64,000 nucleotides of DNA, taken from contig NC_068992.1 of NCBI RefSeq assembly GCF_001194135.2, positions 12,602,796 through 12,666,795 on the forward strand. The letters run 5' to 3'. The notes under the pieces are model-generated. The model did not search any database, had not been told where the DNA came from, and worked only from the letters and a program-made list of their open reading frames with translations. This stretch comes from Octopus bimaculoides (lineage: Eukaryota). Shown here in pieces: positions 40,461 to 53,137 of the stretch (position 1 is its first letter; each line of letters opens with the position of its first letter). Both the position numbers and the translations under genes were made by a program.

Positions 40461-41375
40461 CTGCGATTTATACCACATTCTTACTACCAAACCAAATCCT
40501 ATGACAATTTGTGGCCATTAAAAAAAATCACCATCACATCATCATGATGATCATCATCATAAATCAATGTTATTATCATCACCGTCATTATAATTATCGT
40601 CAACATCATGATCATCATCACCACTACTACCACCACCACTACTAACACTACCACCACAACCACCACCATCTTTTACAATATGATTATTACAAATTACGAT
40701 TAGTATTCATGTATGTTTAATATTTTTTTCCTAACTTTTGTTTACCATGGACGAATGGTTTCTCCATTCATTCAGTAGATGGAATAGATAGACAGGAAAC
40801 CAGAACGGATCTAGTATTGTTTATTAGTCGTTGCAAATATCTATAATTCTATATCTGTATTTGATTTTCCTCATTTCCATGATGACTTTCATAATTACTG
40901 AGGAGATAACAATTATTTCGAAATATTACGACGCGCCACATCCTGGGAATTCATGTGATAGGCGTAAACAAACGAATCGAGTAAAAACTATTTTACTGTT
41001 CACAATAGTTTTAAGTTTTAATAGAAATAACTCTAGGCATACAAATAGTAACTAAAGGTACTCACTTGAGTGGAGGAAAAACTTTCACGTCATTAATTCC
41101 ATTGCTAAATATCACTAACACACAACAAGATGCTGGTGCTGCGTTGTTAATCAGTTAACAATGGTTGTATAGTGCATAACAAACACTATTACACATATTT
41201 GACTACGGTTTAACAGCTCTACTGCAGTGCTTGTGCCAGGTCATGCCGTTATACATGTGAAAAAGGAATCGCTTTCTACTTCAACCTTGAAAACGATTAA
41301 CTAAATATGCTGCCGCACATGTACGCGAGCGTACACCTCTACATCACTTTCTTTATACATACATACATATGTGTG

Positions 41376-41412
<37 letters not shown>

Positions 41413-43068
41413 TTAGAGAGAGAGAGGATGGAAGAGGAAGAGAGAGAGGATAAGAGATAGCATATAATAATGAAAAACATACATATCCCCACATGCATAC
41501 ATGCACACATACACGCATACACGAGGATACGTACACATACAATTTGAGAGAATGGGGGAAAAAACAACAACACGAAACAGAGAGCAGATAGAATGAGAAG
41601 TGGAGTGAGCCCGATGAGCAGATATATAAATGAAAAGTTGAAAGACGAGGCAGAAAAAGCGACAAAGATAAGGAACAGTGATATAGGTAGAGTTTTGCTG
41701 TCCGAAACAGCCGTTATGTGTGCCGTATGCCCTGGACCACTAAGTCTATACATGCATAAAGAACAGACGCTAAATATGCCGCCCTATCCAAACCCCAAAA
41801 AGGCGCACCGCCCTTCCGCCCCGATATAGTTACGCACTGTTAATGAATATTTTAAAATTTGTAGAGATATGATCTGGAAAAGTATTTATGAAGTGTTCCA
41901 GTTTGTGAGAAGTAGCCATGAATTTTCCTTTTAATCGTATCACATTATTCAATAACTGATTGATTTGCTAATATAGACCAAATCACATATAATTACCCCT
42001 TTGATAGTATAAGCCTGCTCTCCATGGGACTAAACTGCCTCAATAACAACAGCGATTGAATCAAAAATCATATTGTACAGAAAGTCTACGATGACATTCT
42101 ACGAGATTTCTTTCTTCAAGAGTCATTGAAATAAAGTACCAATTGAATACCATGATAACTTTAATCGACTAACCCATCCTCTTAATTTTTTTTATTGCAT
42201 GCCTATGCTAGAAACATTTATACTTTTAATATAAAAAGATACCTGAGAAACAGAAATAACAGTTTGAATGCCTAACAGCATTTAAAGCGATCTATAAATC
42301 ACTGAAAGCCGAATTATTTTTTCCTTTATTCTAAGTCGGGAGCATTAAAGGATACACATACTATAACATTTTCCGGTATTCATTGTGACGATTCTTCTTA
42401 TCTCCTACCAAATAACTATTTTACTAACGCTCTCGAGCTTAAAAAAAAAACAAATGGTTTTTATCAATATGTATTTTTCAGTTTCGAATAGTATAACTCT
42501 TATTTTTAGCACAATTGTTTAGGATTTCTTCATTATTTTGATATTTCCGACTTCTACTTTTTTTCACTCCTCATTTAAATATGCAATATAAAAACACATG
42601 ACAAAATGTTTATTATTCGTATTATGTTTAAAGAATATTCTTTAAGGTCACTAAGATAATTTTTAATGGAATATTCGTCTCACGAATATACAAATAAAAT
42701 ATATTTTATCGACAGTGCATGAATTAATGGGGAAAATATACCTTTGCTGTATTTGACATGGCAACGTCACTAAGTATCACTATACACTTTTACTGTAACA
42801 CTAACGAACCAGCAGCATAGTTCCTCTGTGGTCGCCTTCAATGCTAAAAACAGTGGAATGCAACTATATAATACCGTGACCTATCTCCAAAACAGTCCAT
42901 ATCACATGAAATCATAAGACCCGGGATGCCTGTAGAAACACAGGATGGTCACAATTAGGGTGTCTATGATGGTAAATTTTCTGGACAAGGTTTCACTTGA
43001 AGCTAAACTGCTCCAACAAGAGTTTATGTCTACATATTTTTACGGCCGTTAATAATGTAGATATTAAT

Positions 43069-43284
43069 ATTGGTTTCAAATTTTGCCACAAGGGCAGCCA
43101 ATGTTGGAACAGGGGATGAGTCGATTACATTAACCCCAGTGTTCAACTGAAACCTATTTTATCGACCCCGAAAGGATGAAAGGCAAAATGGACCTCGGCG
43201 GCATTTGAACTCAGAATGAAGCAGCAGACGAAATACCGCAAAGCATTTCGCCCGGCGTGCTAACGATTCCGCCAGCTCGCCGCC
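43069..43284 (-). mobile_element. SINE family A copy (tail 1)
   Basis: ATTGGTTTCAAATTTTGCCACAAGG...TTTATCGACCCCGAAAGGATGAAAGGCAAA...GCTAACGATTCCGCCAGCTCGCCGCC. Confidence 0.93.
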
Positions 43285-43298
43285 TAATACAGATATTG

Positions 43299-43513
43299 AT
43301 TCCTTTCTACTATAGGCACAAGGCCTGAAATTTGGGGAGAAGAAGACTAGTCGATTACAGCGACCCCAGTGCGCAACTGGTATTTAATTTATTGGCCCCG
43401 AAAGGATAAAAGCAAAGTCAACCCCGGCGGCATTTGAACTCAGAACATGAAGACAAACGAAATACAACTAAGCATTTCTCCCGGCGTGCTAACGACTCTG
43501 CCAGCTCGCCGCC
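43299..43513 (-). mobile_element. SINE family A copy (tail 2)
   Basis: ATTCCTTTCTACTATAGGCACAAGGCCTGAAATTT...TTTGAACTCAGAAC...GCTAACGACTCTGCCAGCTCGCCGCC. Confidence 0.93.
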
Positions 43514-43535
43514 TAATAATATAGATATTAATATT

Positions 43536-43766
43536 GGTGGCGAGCTGGCAGAAACGTTAGCGCGTCGGGCGAAATGCTTAGCGATATTTCATCTGCCGCT
43601 AAGTTCTGAGTTCAAATTCCGCCGAGGTCGACTTTACCGTTCATCCTTTTGGGGTCGATTAAATAATTATCAGTTACGCACCGGGGTCGATATAATCGAC
43701 TTAATCCGTTTGTCTGTCCTTGTTTGTCCCCTCTTTGTTTAGCTCCTTGTGGGCAGTAAAGAAATA
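43536..43766 (+). mobile_element. SINE family A copy (tail 3) with TSD
   Basis: GGTGGCGAGCTGGCAGAAACGTTAGC...TTCTGAGTTCAAATTCCGCCGAGGTCGAC...GTCCCCTCTTTGTTTAGCTCCTTGTGGGCAGTAAAGAAATA. AGATATTAATATT occurs at 43523-43535 and 43767-43779. Confidence 0.93.
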
Positions 43767-44501
43767 AGATATTAATATTGGTGAGAGATGGAATTAGAAT
43801 GCAACAAGGTCGAGCAAATGTTCTGATTCTCATGCTTTTGCCTAAACGTCTGATTACTCTTCCTAAAACTATAAATGTCACTAATACTAATGCAGAAAAA
43901 TGTACTACCATTGCAAAGGAGACTGCTACGTAGTCGAATGCGGTTAGTCACTAATACCGATTATTCTCGTCTTCGGAAGACGGAAATCATATGGTCACCT
44001 GCAGCTATTTGATTTCCGTCTCAGAATTTAAAGAAGAAAATAAAGCAAATACGACAAAGCATATTTTCGATGCATTGTAAATTCTCACAAACTACATCAC
44101 AATTCTCTCTAAAAGCATAGTGCTCAATGGCAATAATATTACTATCAATATCTGAATATCCAAATACAAATAACAGCATTGATTAAACAAAACATATCCT
44201 AAACAAAACACTCTCGCAATGAAACGCTCAGGAACAACCATTGAGAACAATATTTGTCTTCATAATGCTGCATATATTCACTACGAGTGAAAAACACCTT
44301 CAAGGGACAATGCTTATATTATGTCGTGTATATTTGTGAGGCATATTGATCTCATTCGTTAAATATTCAACACAGAAGAGGGAGTGTGTTTATAAAAAGC
44401 AATACGTACGTGCATGCACATACACAAAATTTACACACGCACGCGCGTGCGCTTATACGATTGATCGATCGACTGATCTATAGATAGACAGACAGACAGG
44501 C

Positions 44502-44541
<40 letters not shown>

Positions 44542-45262
44542 CGTATTAATCTATCAAAGGAAGTTGAAAGAAGAGCAAGAAATAGGCATAAGGCATACAT
44601 AATTATAGACAGATGCTTCTATAGATAACAAAAGGTTTGCACTATATTTTAACATCATTGTTCATAGCTCAGAGCTGGAGCCTCGTACTATTTTAAGTGA
44701 TAATGGGGTAGCAGCTGGTGTCAATGCAAAGCTTTGGTCTGAAGTTTCTCATTCTTGACTTGACCCTGACATCTCATAGTTTTAAGAAGAATCACCGTGT
44801 TCTATATTTACAAATCATTATCAATAGATGAGATACAGATGCCGGAAATTGAATATATTGTTTTTATTATTATTCTGGGACTGAATGTATATGTGGCCAA
44901 GTGATGGTGGTTGACCAATATAATATAATTAGCAGGTAGATTATCAAAGTAAATGAGTTGGAGTATTTCAGCTTGAAAGTTTGAGATGAGTTTTATTAGA
45001 AGTAGATGAGGAGGGAACTGGTTGGAGGAGTGACTGAAAGACTGTTGAACCGAATGTACTGTAGTACTTATTCACCTCCCATCACGGTCTGCTTTCAAAC
45101 GCTATCAATGTTTACATTCTACTTTGATTCCGGTGCGTCTGTAATGGCTAATACTATATGCCATCGAAGAATTAAGATTAATTAAATATAATACACACTA
45201 GTGCCAAAATAGGTGGTTCAATTATCAAACATAACACAGATTTTTAGTTCAAAAAAGGAAAG

Positions 45263-45482
45263 GGCAGCGAGCTGGAAAATTCGTTAGTGAATTGGAAGGA
45301 AAATGTTATATCTTATGGTTCGTTATGTTCTAAGGTCAACTCACGCCGAGGTCAAATTTCGTTTTCGTCTTTATGGGTTTGATAAAAACAAAAAATGATC
45401 AGTTAAGTACGAGAGTTCATAGCCTCTACTAATTCCTCTTCCACAGATCTGCTGACCGAGTGTTGAAATTCTGAACCATTAT
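45263..45482 (+). mobile_element. SINE family A copy, diverged (plus a head-only fragment at 45501-45520)
   Basis: GCAGCGAGCTGGAAAATTCGTTAG...ACGCCGAGGTC...TTTGATAAAAA. Confidence 0.7.
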
Positions 45483-45629
45483 TCCTATTACTTATCACAA
45501 AGCGGCGAGCTGGCAGAGATGTTTGGGTATTCCATGGCGTGTAAATAACCAAGATCACCACATATCCGTTAACAAGACGCTGGTCTGCAGTAAAAACAGA
45601 AGTCTTTGAAGAGAGGGAGACATGTCGTC

Positions 45630-45768
45630 TACATTGACTTTATTTCATTGACCCGGAAGAAAAGAATAAGTTGACTTGGGAAGGATATGAACTTAGAACG
45701 TAAAGAGCTTGACTAAATATCGCAAAGCATTTTGTCCGACGTGCAAACGATTCTGCAGGTAGTCACCT
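45630..45768 (-). mobile_element. SINE family A fragment
   Basis: GAACTTAGAACGTAAAG...AAAGCATTTTGTCCGACGTGCAAACGATTCTGC. Confidence 0.7.
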
Positions 45769-45819
45769 TATGCGTATACACGCACGCACTCACACACACG
45801 CAAACGCACCAATATATAT

Positions 45820-46200
45820 ACATTTTCGAGGACCCTTTTCAAAACCGTCTTCATCTCCTTCATCTTGGGACAAAACGAAACATCATAAGAAGTAAAATCT
45901 GACATGTAAGCAAGGGAGGGGCAGTTTTGATGCTTATATCTGTCAAGCAGATGGTGACCAGTATGGATTTCAGATCGGTGCATTGTTCTGGCACAGGTGC
46001 TCAGATCATTTGCGAAGAAATATGTTCCTGAACTCCATCAAAACCTTCACAATGTAGACTTCGTTGACCGTCTGGCTAGAGGGAACCCAGTGGATTGAGA
46101 TGATGCCTTTACTGTCAAAAAGGGGAATCATCATGGAGCTTCCGGTGAACTTTCTTTTCCTGGCCTCTTGTGACGGCCAAAACCAGATGTTCAGTTCATA
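45820..46200 (-). mobile_element. Mariner transposase catalytic-domain remnant
   Basis: Minus ORFs read MMIPLFDSKGIISIHWVPSSQTVNEVYIVKVL (FFD.KG....VP.GQTVN..YY..VL) and CPSLAYMSDFTSYDVSFCPKMK (the degenerate HPPYSPDLAP.DF.LFPK.K motif). Confidence 0.85.
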
Positions 46201-47374
46201 CACGTTAATCTATTAACAGTGTGGAGCATTTTACAAGTTTCTATAGTGTTTTTGTCCAGTTTAACGCAAAACTTTATTGCATACCGAATTCCAAATTCTC
46301 ATCCCGTACCGACTACATTTTGTAAACTGGTCAGCTGTGACAAGCAATGTTTGATTAAGTGATGTTACAGCCTTCTCCTTCAATCTGGAATAACAAAAGA
46401 TGGCAGGTCAGCTTATTAGATGTGTGTTAATGATATATTAAAATTACAATAATCTAGCGCAGTTATAACTATCTCTCCAAAAAATGTCTCAAAACTTGTG
46501 GAATGCACTTCGTAATACTAACGCAGAGATGGTTTATTGCTATGCTTGTTAAAGAAATATACGATGGTTTGATAGGCGGGGGTTAATTGTGTTTTGTTTT
46601 TAATCATAAACGCCTGCACGATGTTTGATTGTGAAAAGTTGTTAGTATTATTCAAAAATAAATAATTGGAAATTGTTATTTTATGCTCGGAAAGAAAATC
46701 GTTAATAGCGTTGTTTTTCTCCATCTAGTGTATTAGTAAGATTATCAGATAATAATAAAAATCTATAACATAGTAAATTAGTCGTTAATAGTTTATTTAA
46801 ATTTTTCACAAAAGATGAGGTTTAGAATGTAAGTTTTAATTAGTGATTAAATTAGAGAGTCGGTCAATAAATTTTGAATAATTTGTTAAAACAGTAAACT
46901 TAGATCTTTCTGTCGATGAGATGTGTTATGTATGTACACTTATATACACATTCAAATGAATGTCTTCTTTAGTTTTCTTTAAACTATATTTCGTAGTCGT
47001 ACATATATGGATCAAACTAAGGCTGCATGTGGAACAATGCATTGATCCCAAGCGGAATCAGCGTGAGAAACTCCGTCGTTAATGGATCTTTGAAATCCAG
47101 GGGCCAACAATCCAACGGGCGCCTACACAATGACCCTGGCCATCTCTCCAAATTCAATTCTGAGACTGGGTTCGACCTATGTCTATGGGGAAAGTACTTC
47201 ATAAACTATCATTCAGTGGGATCGAACCCCGACACCTCACGACTGTTAAGCAAATTTGTTACTGATTCAGAAATAACCCTGTGCATAAAAGAAATAACCC
47301 TGTGCATATGTATATATATATATATATATATATACGCATATATATACTTTGGTCCATATATGTACGACTACAGA

Positions 47375-47708
47375 GAAGGCGCATAGCTCAGTGTTTAGAG
47401 GAACGAGCTTACGATCTTGCGGTTGTGAGTTCGATTCCCGGACCGGGCGGCGTGTTGTATTCTTGAGCAATGCACTCTCTTTAACGTTGCTCCAGTTCAC
47501 TTAGCAGTAGAATTGAGTTGTGACGTCACGGGTGCCAAGCTGTATCGGCCTTTGCCTTTCCCTTGGATAACATCAGTGGTGTGGAGAGGGGTGGCTGGTA
47601 TGCATGGGCGACTGCTGGTCTTCCATAAAACAACCTGACCCGCACTTGTGCCTCGGTAACCTTCTATGTGCAATGCCATGGTCATTCTTGTCCAAAGGGG
47701 GGGGGTCA
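47375..47708 (+). mobile_element. tRNA-derived SINE family C with CORE-like central segment
   Basis: The head GGCGCATAGCTCAGTG...GAGTTCGATTCCCGGACCGGGC is followed by GTGTTGTATTCTTGAGCAATGCACT...CCAGTTCACTTAGCAGTA, which resembles the CORE consensus (TGTG.CCTTG.GCAAG.CACT). Confidence 0.7.
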
Positions 47709-49964
47709 CTCATACATACACACACAAACCAATATATATATATATATATATANNNNNNNNNNNNNNNNNNNNNNNNNNNNNNNNNNNNNNNNNNNNNNNN
47801 NNNNNNNNNNNNNNNNNNNNNNNNNNNNNNNNNNNNNNNNNNNNNNNNNNNNNNNNNNNNNNNNNNNNNNNNNNNNNNNNNNNNNNNNNNNNNNNNNNNN
47901 NNNNNNNNNNNNNNNNNNNNNNNNNNNNNNNNNNNNNNNNNNNNNNNNNNNNNNNNNNNNNNNNNNNNNNNNNNNNNNNNNNNNNNNNNNNNNNNNNNNN
48001 NNNNNNNNNNNNNNNNNNNNNNNNNNNNNNNNNNNNNNNNNNNNNNNNNNNNNNNNNNNNNNNNNNNNNNNNNNNNNNNNNNNNNNNNNNNNNNNNNNNN
48101 NNNNNNNNNNNNNNNNNNNNNNNNNNNNNNNNNNNNNNNNNNNNNNNNNNNNNNNNNNNNNNNNNNNNNNNNNNNNNNNNNNNNNNNNNNNNNNNNNNNN
48201 NNNNNNNNNNNNNNNNNNNNNNNNNNNNNNNNNNNNNNNNNNNNNNNNNNNNNNNNNNNNNNNNNNNNNNNNNNNNNNNNNNNNNNNNNNNNNNNNNNNN
48301 NNNNNNNNNNNNNNNNNNNNNNNNNNNNNNNNNNNNNNNNNNNNNNNNNNNNNNNNNNNNNNNNNNNNNNNNNNNNNNNNNNNNNNNNNNNNNNNNNNNN
48401 NNNNNNNNNNNNNNNNNNNNNNNNNNNNNNNNNNNNNNNNNNNNNNNNNNNNNNNNNNNNNNNNNNNNNNNNNNNNNNNNNNNNNNNNNNNNNNNNNNNN
48501 NNNNNNNNNNNNNNNNNNNNNNNNNNNNNNNNNNNNNNNNNNNNNNNNNNNNNNNNNNNNNNATATATATATATATATATACGTGCATATATATGTATAT
48601 ATTTATGTAGGTAGTAAATATCATTTTCTGTTTGTTTTGCTTTTATCTTTATGAACCTCGCACCTTGCATCTCTCTTTCTCTCTCCCTCTCACCCCCTCT
48701 CTCTCTCTTTCTCTCTCTTTCTCTCACTCGGGAGTTCTTTTCATCTCACTCTACACATCTCTCTCTTTTCTCCACTCTCTGCCCCTACCTTTCATATTCT
48801 GTGTAAAATTTAATATGTTTGCTGTAAATTTGCCTGTAATTTTGAAATAATCTTTCACGTCGATTGCTTTAATAATGATAATTACAAAATACTTACAGTC
48901 TGAATATCTAAGCTTTAGAAAGTCGTCCAAGCAACAGTAATTTATGATGATCTGATCACAAGACCAGATTTATTCAACTAGACAACCATTTGTCTCTCAA
49001 TATAATTTTCAGTCTTAATTATCGACTTCCCCCAAATATTAACGAACCTCCAATACAAGGGGCCATCATAGTGATTTCTGACAATGGAATGTTACATTTT
49101 TATTGCTGACGAGAGACTATGTACGAAATTGATCATCGTGCAAGAAATAGCAACCAAATTCCCCTCAAAGAGACACTAACATCTTATAATATTGTTCTAG
49201 ATACACAAGGTTGTGGTTGTAGATGGAAATGTGACTGCTTAACAGTGTTTTTGATTATAACTATGTTGAATCAGGTCTGATATGTGCTAACGAACAAAAA
49301 ATACACTTTCTAATACATATTTTGACGATTTCATTGAACAGCCTTCCGCCATAAGATTCAAAACCTATTACTGCACGATTTGAACTCCGAAATTAAGGAT
49401 TCGTAACACGAAACATCAAAAGCCCGTTTTGCTTTGCGTTCTAGCGAATAGATGTTAATTTCTTACATATTTCACACAAGTCAGTGCACACGCTCAAAGC
49501 ACACACATTCCCACTCACACATTTTCAAATATACAAGGGGGATCTCCGCAGCTTACGTCTACTAAATTTCACCGAAAGATTATTGGAATCAATCTCCGAG
49601 ACAATCAATCAATAATGGATACGATACATGCAGCGGATCCAATCCTGATAACCTGAGGTATTTATTACTCGCATAGACTTGTCTGCATCTCAAGTGTACT
49701 TCACGTTATGAACAGTCATCAAAGAGAGATGATTAACTATGCAAAGGATTTGTCGTTGTCTGTGTAGGTGGGGTACTTATGTGTACACATGACGCTTGCT
49801 TCTGTTTTTTTCCATGGGTGCTTGTAAGTATTTCATGTTCGTGCTGAAATCGAGGAAGGCAAGCTAATAGAATTTTTTAAATGAGTTATCTCTATATTAA
49901 ATCAATTTCGGGATTAATCCAACTGATTTTCTCCTCATCAGTAGAGAATACGATAAGAAATAAA

Positions 49965-50135
49965 TGAATACTCGCCTTGTCACACTGTATCACACTGAAT
50001 GTCACTGAAACGTATGTGAAATTGGTATGCGTGGCTGTGGAGTGCTCAGCCACTACGCGTCAACTTCACGTGTAAGCTGTTCCGTTAATCGGATCAACTG
50101 GAACCCACATCGCCGTAGGCGACGAAGTACCAGAT
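49965..50135 (+). mobile_element. SINE family B 3' fragment
   Basis: CCTTGTCACACTGT...GTGGAGTGCTCAGCCACT...GCTGTTCCGTTAATCGGATCAACTGGAACCC matches 30349-30520 in reverse. Confidence 0.85.
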
Positions 50136-50144
50136 CTTATACGT

Positions 50145-50290
50145 ATAAACTAGCGGTTCGGAAAAAGAGTCCGATAGAATAAGTACTACGCTGAGAAAGA
50201 ATGAGTCCTGGGGTCGATTTGTTCGACTAAATGCGGTACTCTAGCAGTCAAATGACTGAAACAAATAAAAGAATAGAAGAGTAAAAGACT
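50145..50290 (+). mobile_element. SINE family D tail
   Basis: TAGCGGTTCGGAAAAAGAGTCCGATAGAATAAGTACT...GTCCTGGGGTCGATTTGTTCGACTAAA...CAGTCAAATGACTGAAACAAATAAAAG. Confidence 0.88.
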
Positions 50291-50333
50291 AATACACACA
50301 CATACACTCACACTATACATATATGTGTGTATA

Positions 50334-50394
<61 letters not shown>

Positions 50395-50779
50395 TGATCT
50401 TAGTCACTGGGTTATAGATACACACACAGACATACGCACACTCACACATATATATATATAAATAGTGTATATATTTATATATAATTTCACTTTGCGTATA
50501 TACGTGTTGGAATGTATAAACATGTGTATGTACTTGTACATAGATATTCATGCATATTTTCTATCAATATTATATTGATATTATTTTATTGTTCAGACAT
50601 TTCTATGCACTCTTTTTTTTGAAGTTTTCCTTATCTTTTGGATTCTTTACCATTTTTCTTCTTTTTCTCTTCTTCAATATTCACGATTTTTCTTACATTC
50701 TCCTTCTTTTATGTTATTCCAACGTTTTCCAATGCTTACACGATCTTCAAGTTTTGTTTTGTATGTTTTTGTTGTTGAT

Positions 50780-51029
50780 ATTTACCTTCTTCTTCTCTTC
50801 CTCCCCTCTTACCCTTTCTTCTTTCTCCGTCACACCCTTTCTCTTCTCCCTCGCTCTCCTCTTCTTCCACTTCTGCTTCTCCTCTTCCACTTCCCCTTCC
50901 TCTTCTTCTTTTCTCTACTTCGCCTCCTCCTTTCTCTTCTCCTTCGCCTTCCTCCTCTTGTTCCCTTCTTCTTCCTCTTTTTCTTCTTCTCCACCCCTTC
51001 ACCCTTTCTCTTCTCCTTCATCTTCCTCC

Positions 51030-51060
<31 letters not shown>

Positions 51061-51173
51061 CTTCTTCTTCTTCTTCTTCTTCCACTTCCTTTTCTTCTTC
51101 CCCTTTTTCCTGCTGCTGCTTCTTCTTCTTCTTCTTCTTCTTCTTCTTTCACTTCTTTGTCTTCCTCTTCTCC

Positions 51174-51204
<31 letters not shown>

Positions 51205-51480
51205 CTTCTTCTTCTTCTTCTTCCACTTCTTCCATTTCTTCTTTTTCTTCTTCTTCTTCTTCTTCTTCTCCTCCTCCTCCTCCTCCTTCTTCTTCTTCTT
51301 CCACTTCTTCTTCTTCTTCTTCTCCTCCTCCTCCTTCTCCTTCTTCTTCTTCTTCTTCTTCTTCTGCTGCTGCTGCTTCTTCTTCTTCTTCTTCTTCTTC
51401 TTCTTCTTCAATTTCCCTTTTCCCATTTACTCAACCTCACACTACCTCTTTTACTTACTTCTTCCTCCTTTCGTCTGACC
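50780..51480. repeat. About 700-bp polypyrimidine (TTC/CTC)n low-complexity tract
   Basis: Directly visible; it explains the poly-S/F/L/K ORFs. Confidence 0.95.
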
Positions 51481-51973
51481 TCCGCTCCTTTTTAATCTTT
51501 CTGTTGTCCCTTTCCTCCTTCCCGGTTCAATGAATATACTTTCTATATATTTCATACTTGCGTGAGAGGGAGAGTGAAAGAGACAGAAAGACAAAGAGAG
51601 AGGGAAAGCAAGAGAAAGAAAGGAAGAAACAAAGAAACAAAGAAAGAAAGAAAGAGAGAGGGTGCGAGTACGTGTGCGACGAGCGTGCGTGTATCTGTGA
51701 AATTCGTATCACATTTATATTTAAACTGGAGGTCATGCGATTTTAATCCAAAAAGACCTATAGGTTTCAAATTTCGTTTCCAAATTTAGGTTCATTTGAT
51801 CAATGTTCGTTATTTATTTTGCTTGATACTACCAGTTGCCTTTACATATCCCAGCTTAAATTGAAAATCTGAATATTTTAGTCTGCATTTTTGATTGGGT
51901 ACCCTCTTTTTCTTCTTCTTGTGCACACTTACGGCGCTTGCATCTATAAGAGCATGTGTATATATGCCTGTAC

Positions 51974-52004
<31 letters not shown>

Positions 52005-52299
52005 AATGGGGCGCTATTGTTGGTTTTGTTACAGCTTCACTATTTGAAACCTCCTTCTGCTATGCGGAGCTTGGTGAATGAGGGAGTTTGATTTTGTTGC
52101 ATTTATCTGTTTCCTATCATTCAGAATCTTCTTCGCATTCCCCTTCTTCTTCTTCTTCTTCTTCTTCTTCTTCTTCTTCTTCTTTTTCTTCGTCTTCGTC
52201 TTCTTCTCCTCCCACTCCTCTTCCCCTTCCTCTTCTCCCTCGTCTTCCTCTACATTCAGAATACTTGAGAGGAGGAGGAGATCCAGTTTTGTTTTGAAG

Positions 52300-52890
52300 A
52301 CACCTAAATCCACCACACCTGTGCTTTTGGGCGACGTGTCTTTTCCGAGAGCATTAGAACCTCGGGCCATCCCACATTGGGGAAATTCATGTCACCTAAA
52401 AGTAATCTACTGATGTGGTGCTCTAGTTTAGCGAGAACTTCTGTCTTTGCGAGGAAGTCTTCAAACTTTACTCTGTGATTTGGAGCATCCGGTGGGTGAT
52501 ACGTAGTACATGTAACAATATTGTGTTGTGTTATGTGTATAATTTGAGAGTAACACACTGAACTTGAATGTAACCGCAAGAAGTGTAGAGCGAAGTCCTC
52601 CCGGATGTATATCGTATCCCCAATGTATCTCTCTTCTCTTCTGTCCGTATGTATTACAACATATTGTGGAATGTGTATTTCTGCATTTCCAATATCAGGT
52701 CTAAGGCGCATTTACACAGGTACAATGCATAGAGCTAGAATGCATTCAGTAAGGCTTCTCGGAGGAAGAGATACTTGTTTTTTTTTTGTTGATAAGGCGC
52801 ACCAGACCATCCATGTTTAAAAGAAATACTTGTGCGACGCCTGTGCTGGTTTTGGTGGTGTCCATCTTGTATTTGCTAGCTGTGATGGCA
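52300..52890 (-). mobile_element. CR1/L2-type LINE ORF2 AP-endonuclease remnant
   Basis: ORF 52304-52711 reads LRPDIGNAEIHIPQY...TDR...TYHPPD (YRPP)...LLLGDMNFPNVGW (GDFNFP.I.W). Upstream, FLLNMDGL resembles the LLNIRGL start of the domain. Confidence 0.85.
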
Positions 52891-52956
52891 TCGTGTGGTG
52901 GTGGTGTGTGTTCCAAGTCATTGCTCGATGCTTAATGTAACCAGGTTAGTTGCTGC

Positions 52957-53010
<54 letters not shown>

Positions 53011-53137
53011 NNNNNNNNNNNNNNNNNNNNNNNNNNNNNNNNNNNNNNNNNNNNNNNNNNNNNNNNNNNNNNNNNNNNNNNNNNNNNNNNNNNNNNNNNN
53101 NNNNNNNNNNNNNNNNNNNNNNNNNNNNNNNNNNNNN

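Noticed and set aside
41593-41829. 78-aa ORF with a GC-rich end
   Set aside because: No recognisable domain; its first half lies in GA-rich low-complexity DNA.
45005-45045. Partial match to miR-1175 (TTGGAGGAGT)
   Set aside because: The seed and hairpin partner are absent; a 10-nt match is expected by chance.
50550-51533. 327-aa and overlapping poly-S/F/L/K ORFs
   Set aside because: All frames on both strands are open because of the (TTC)n tract.
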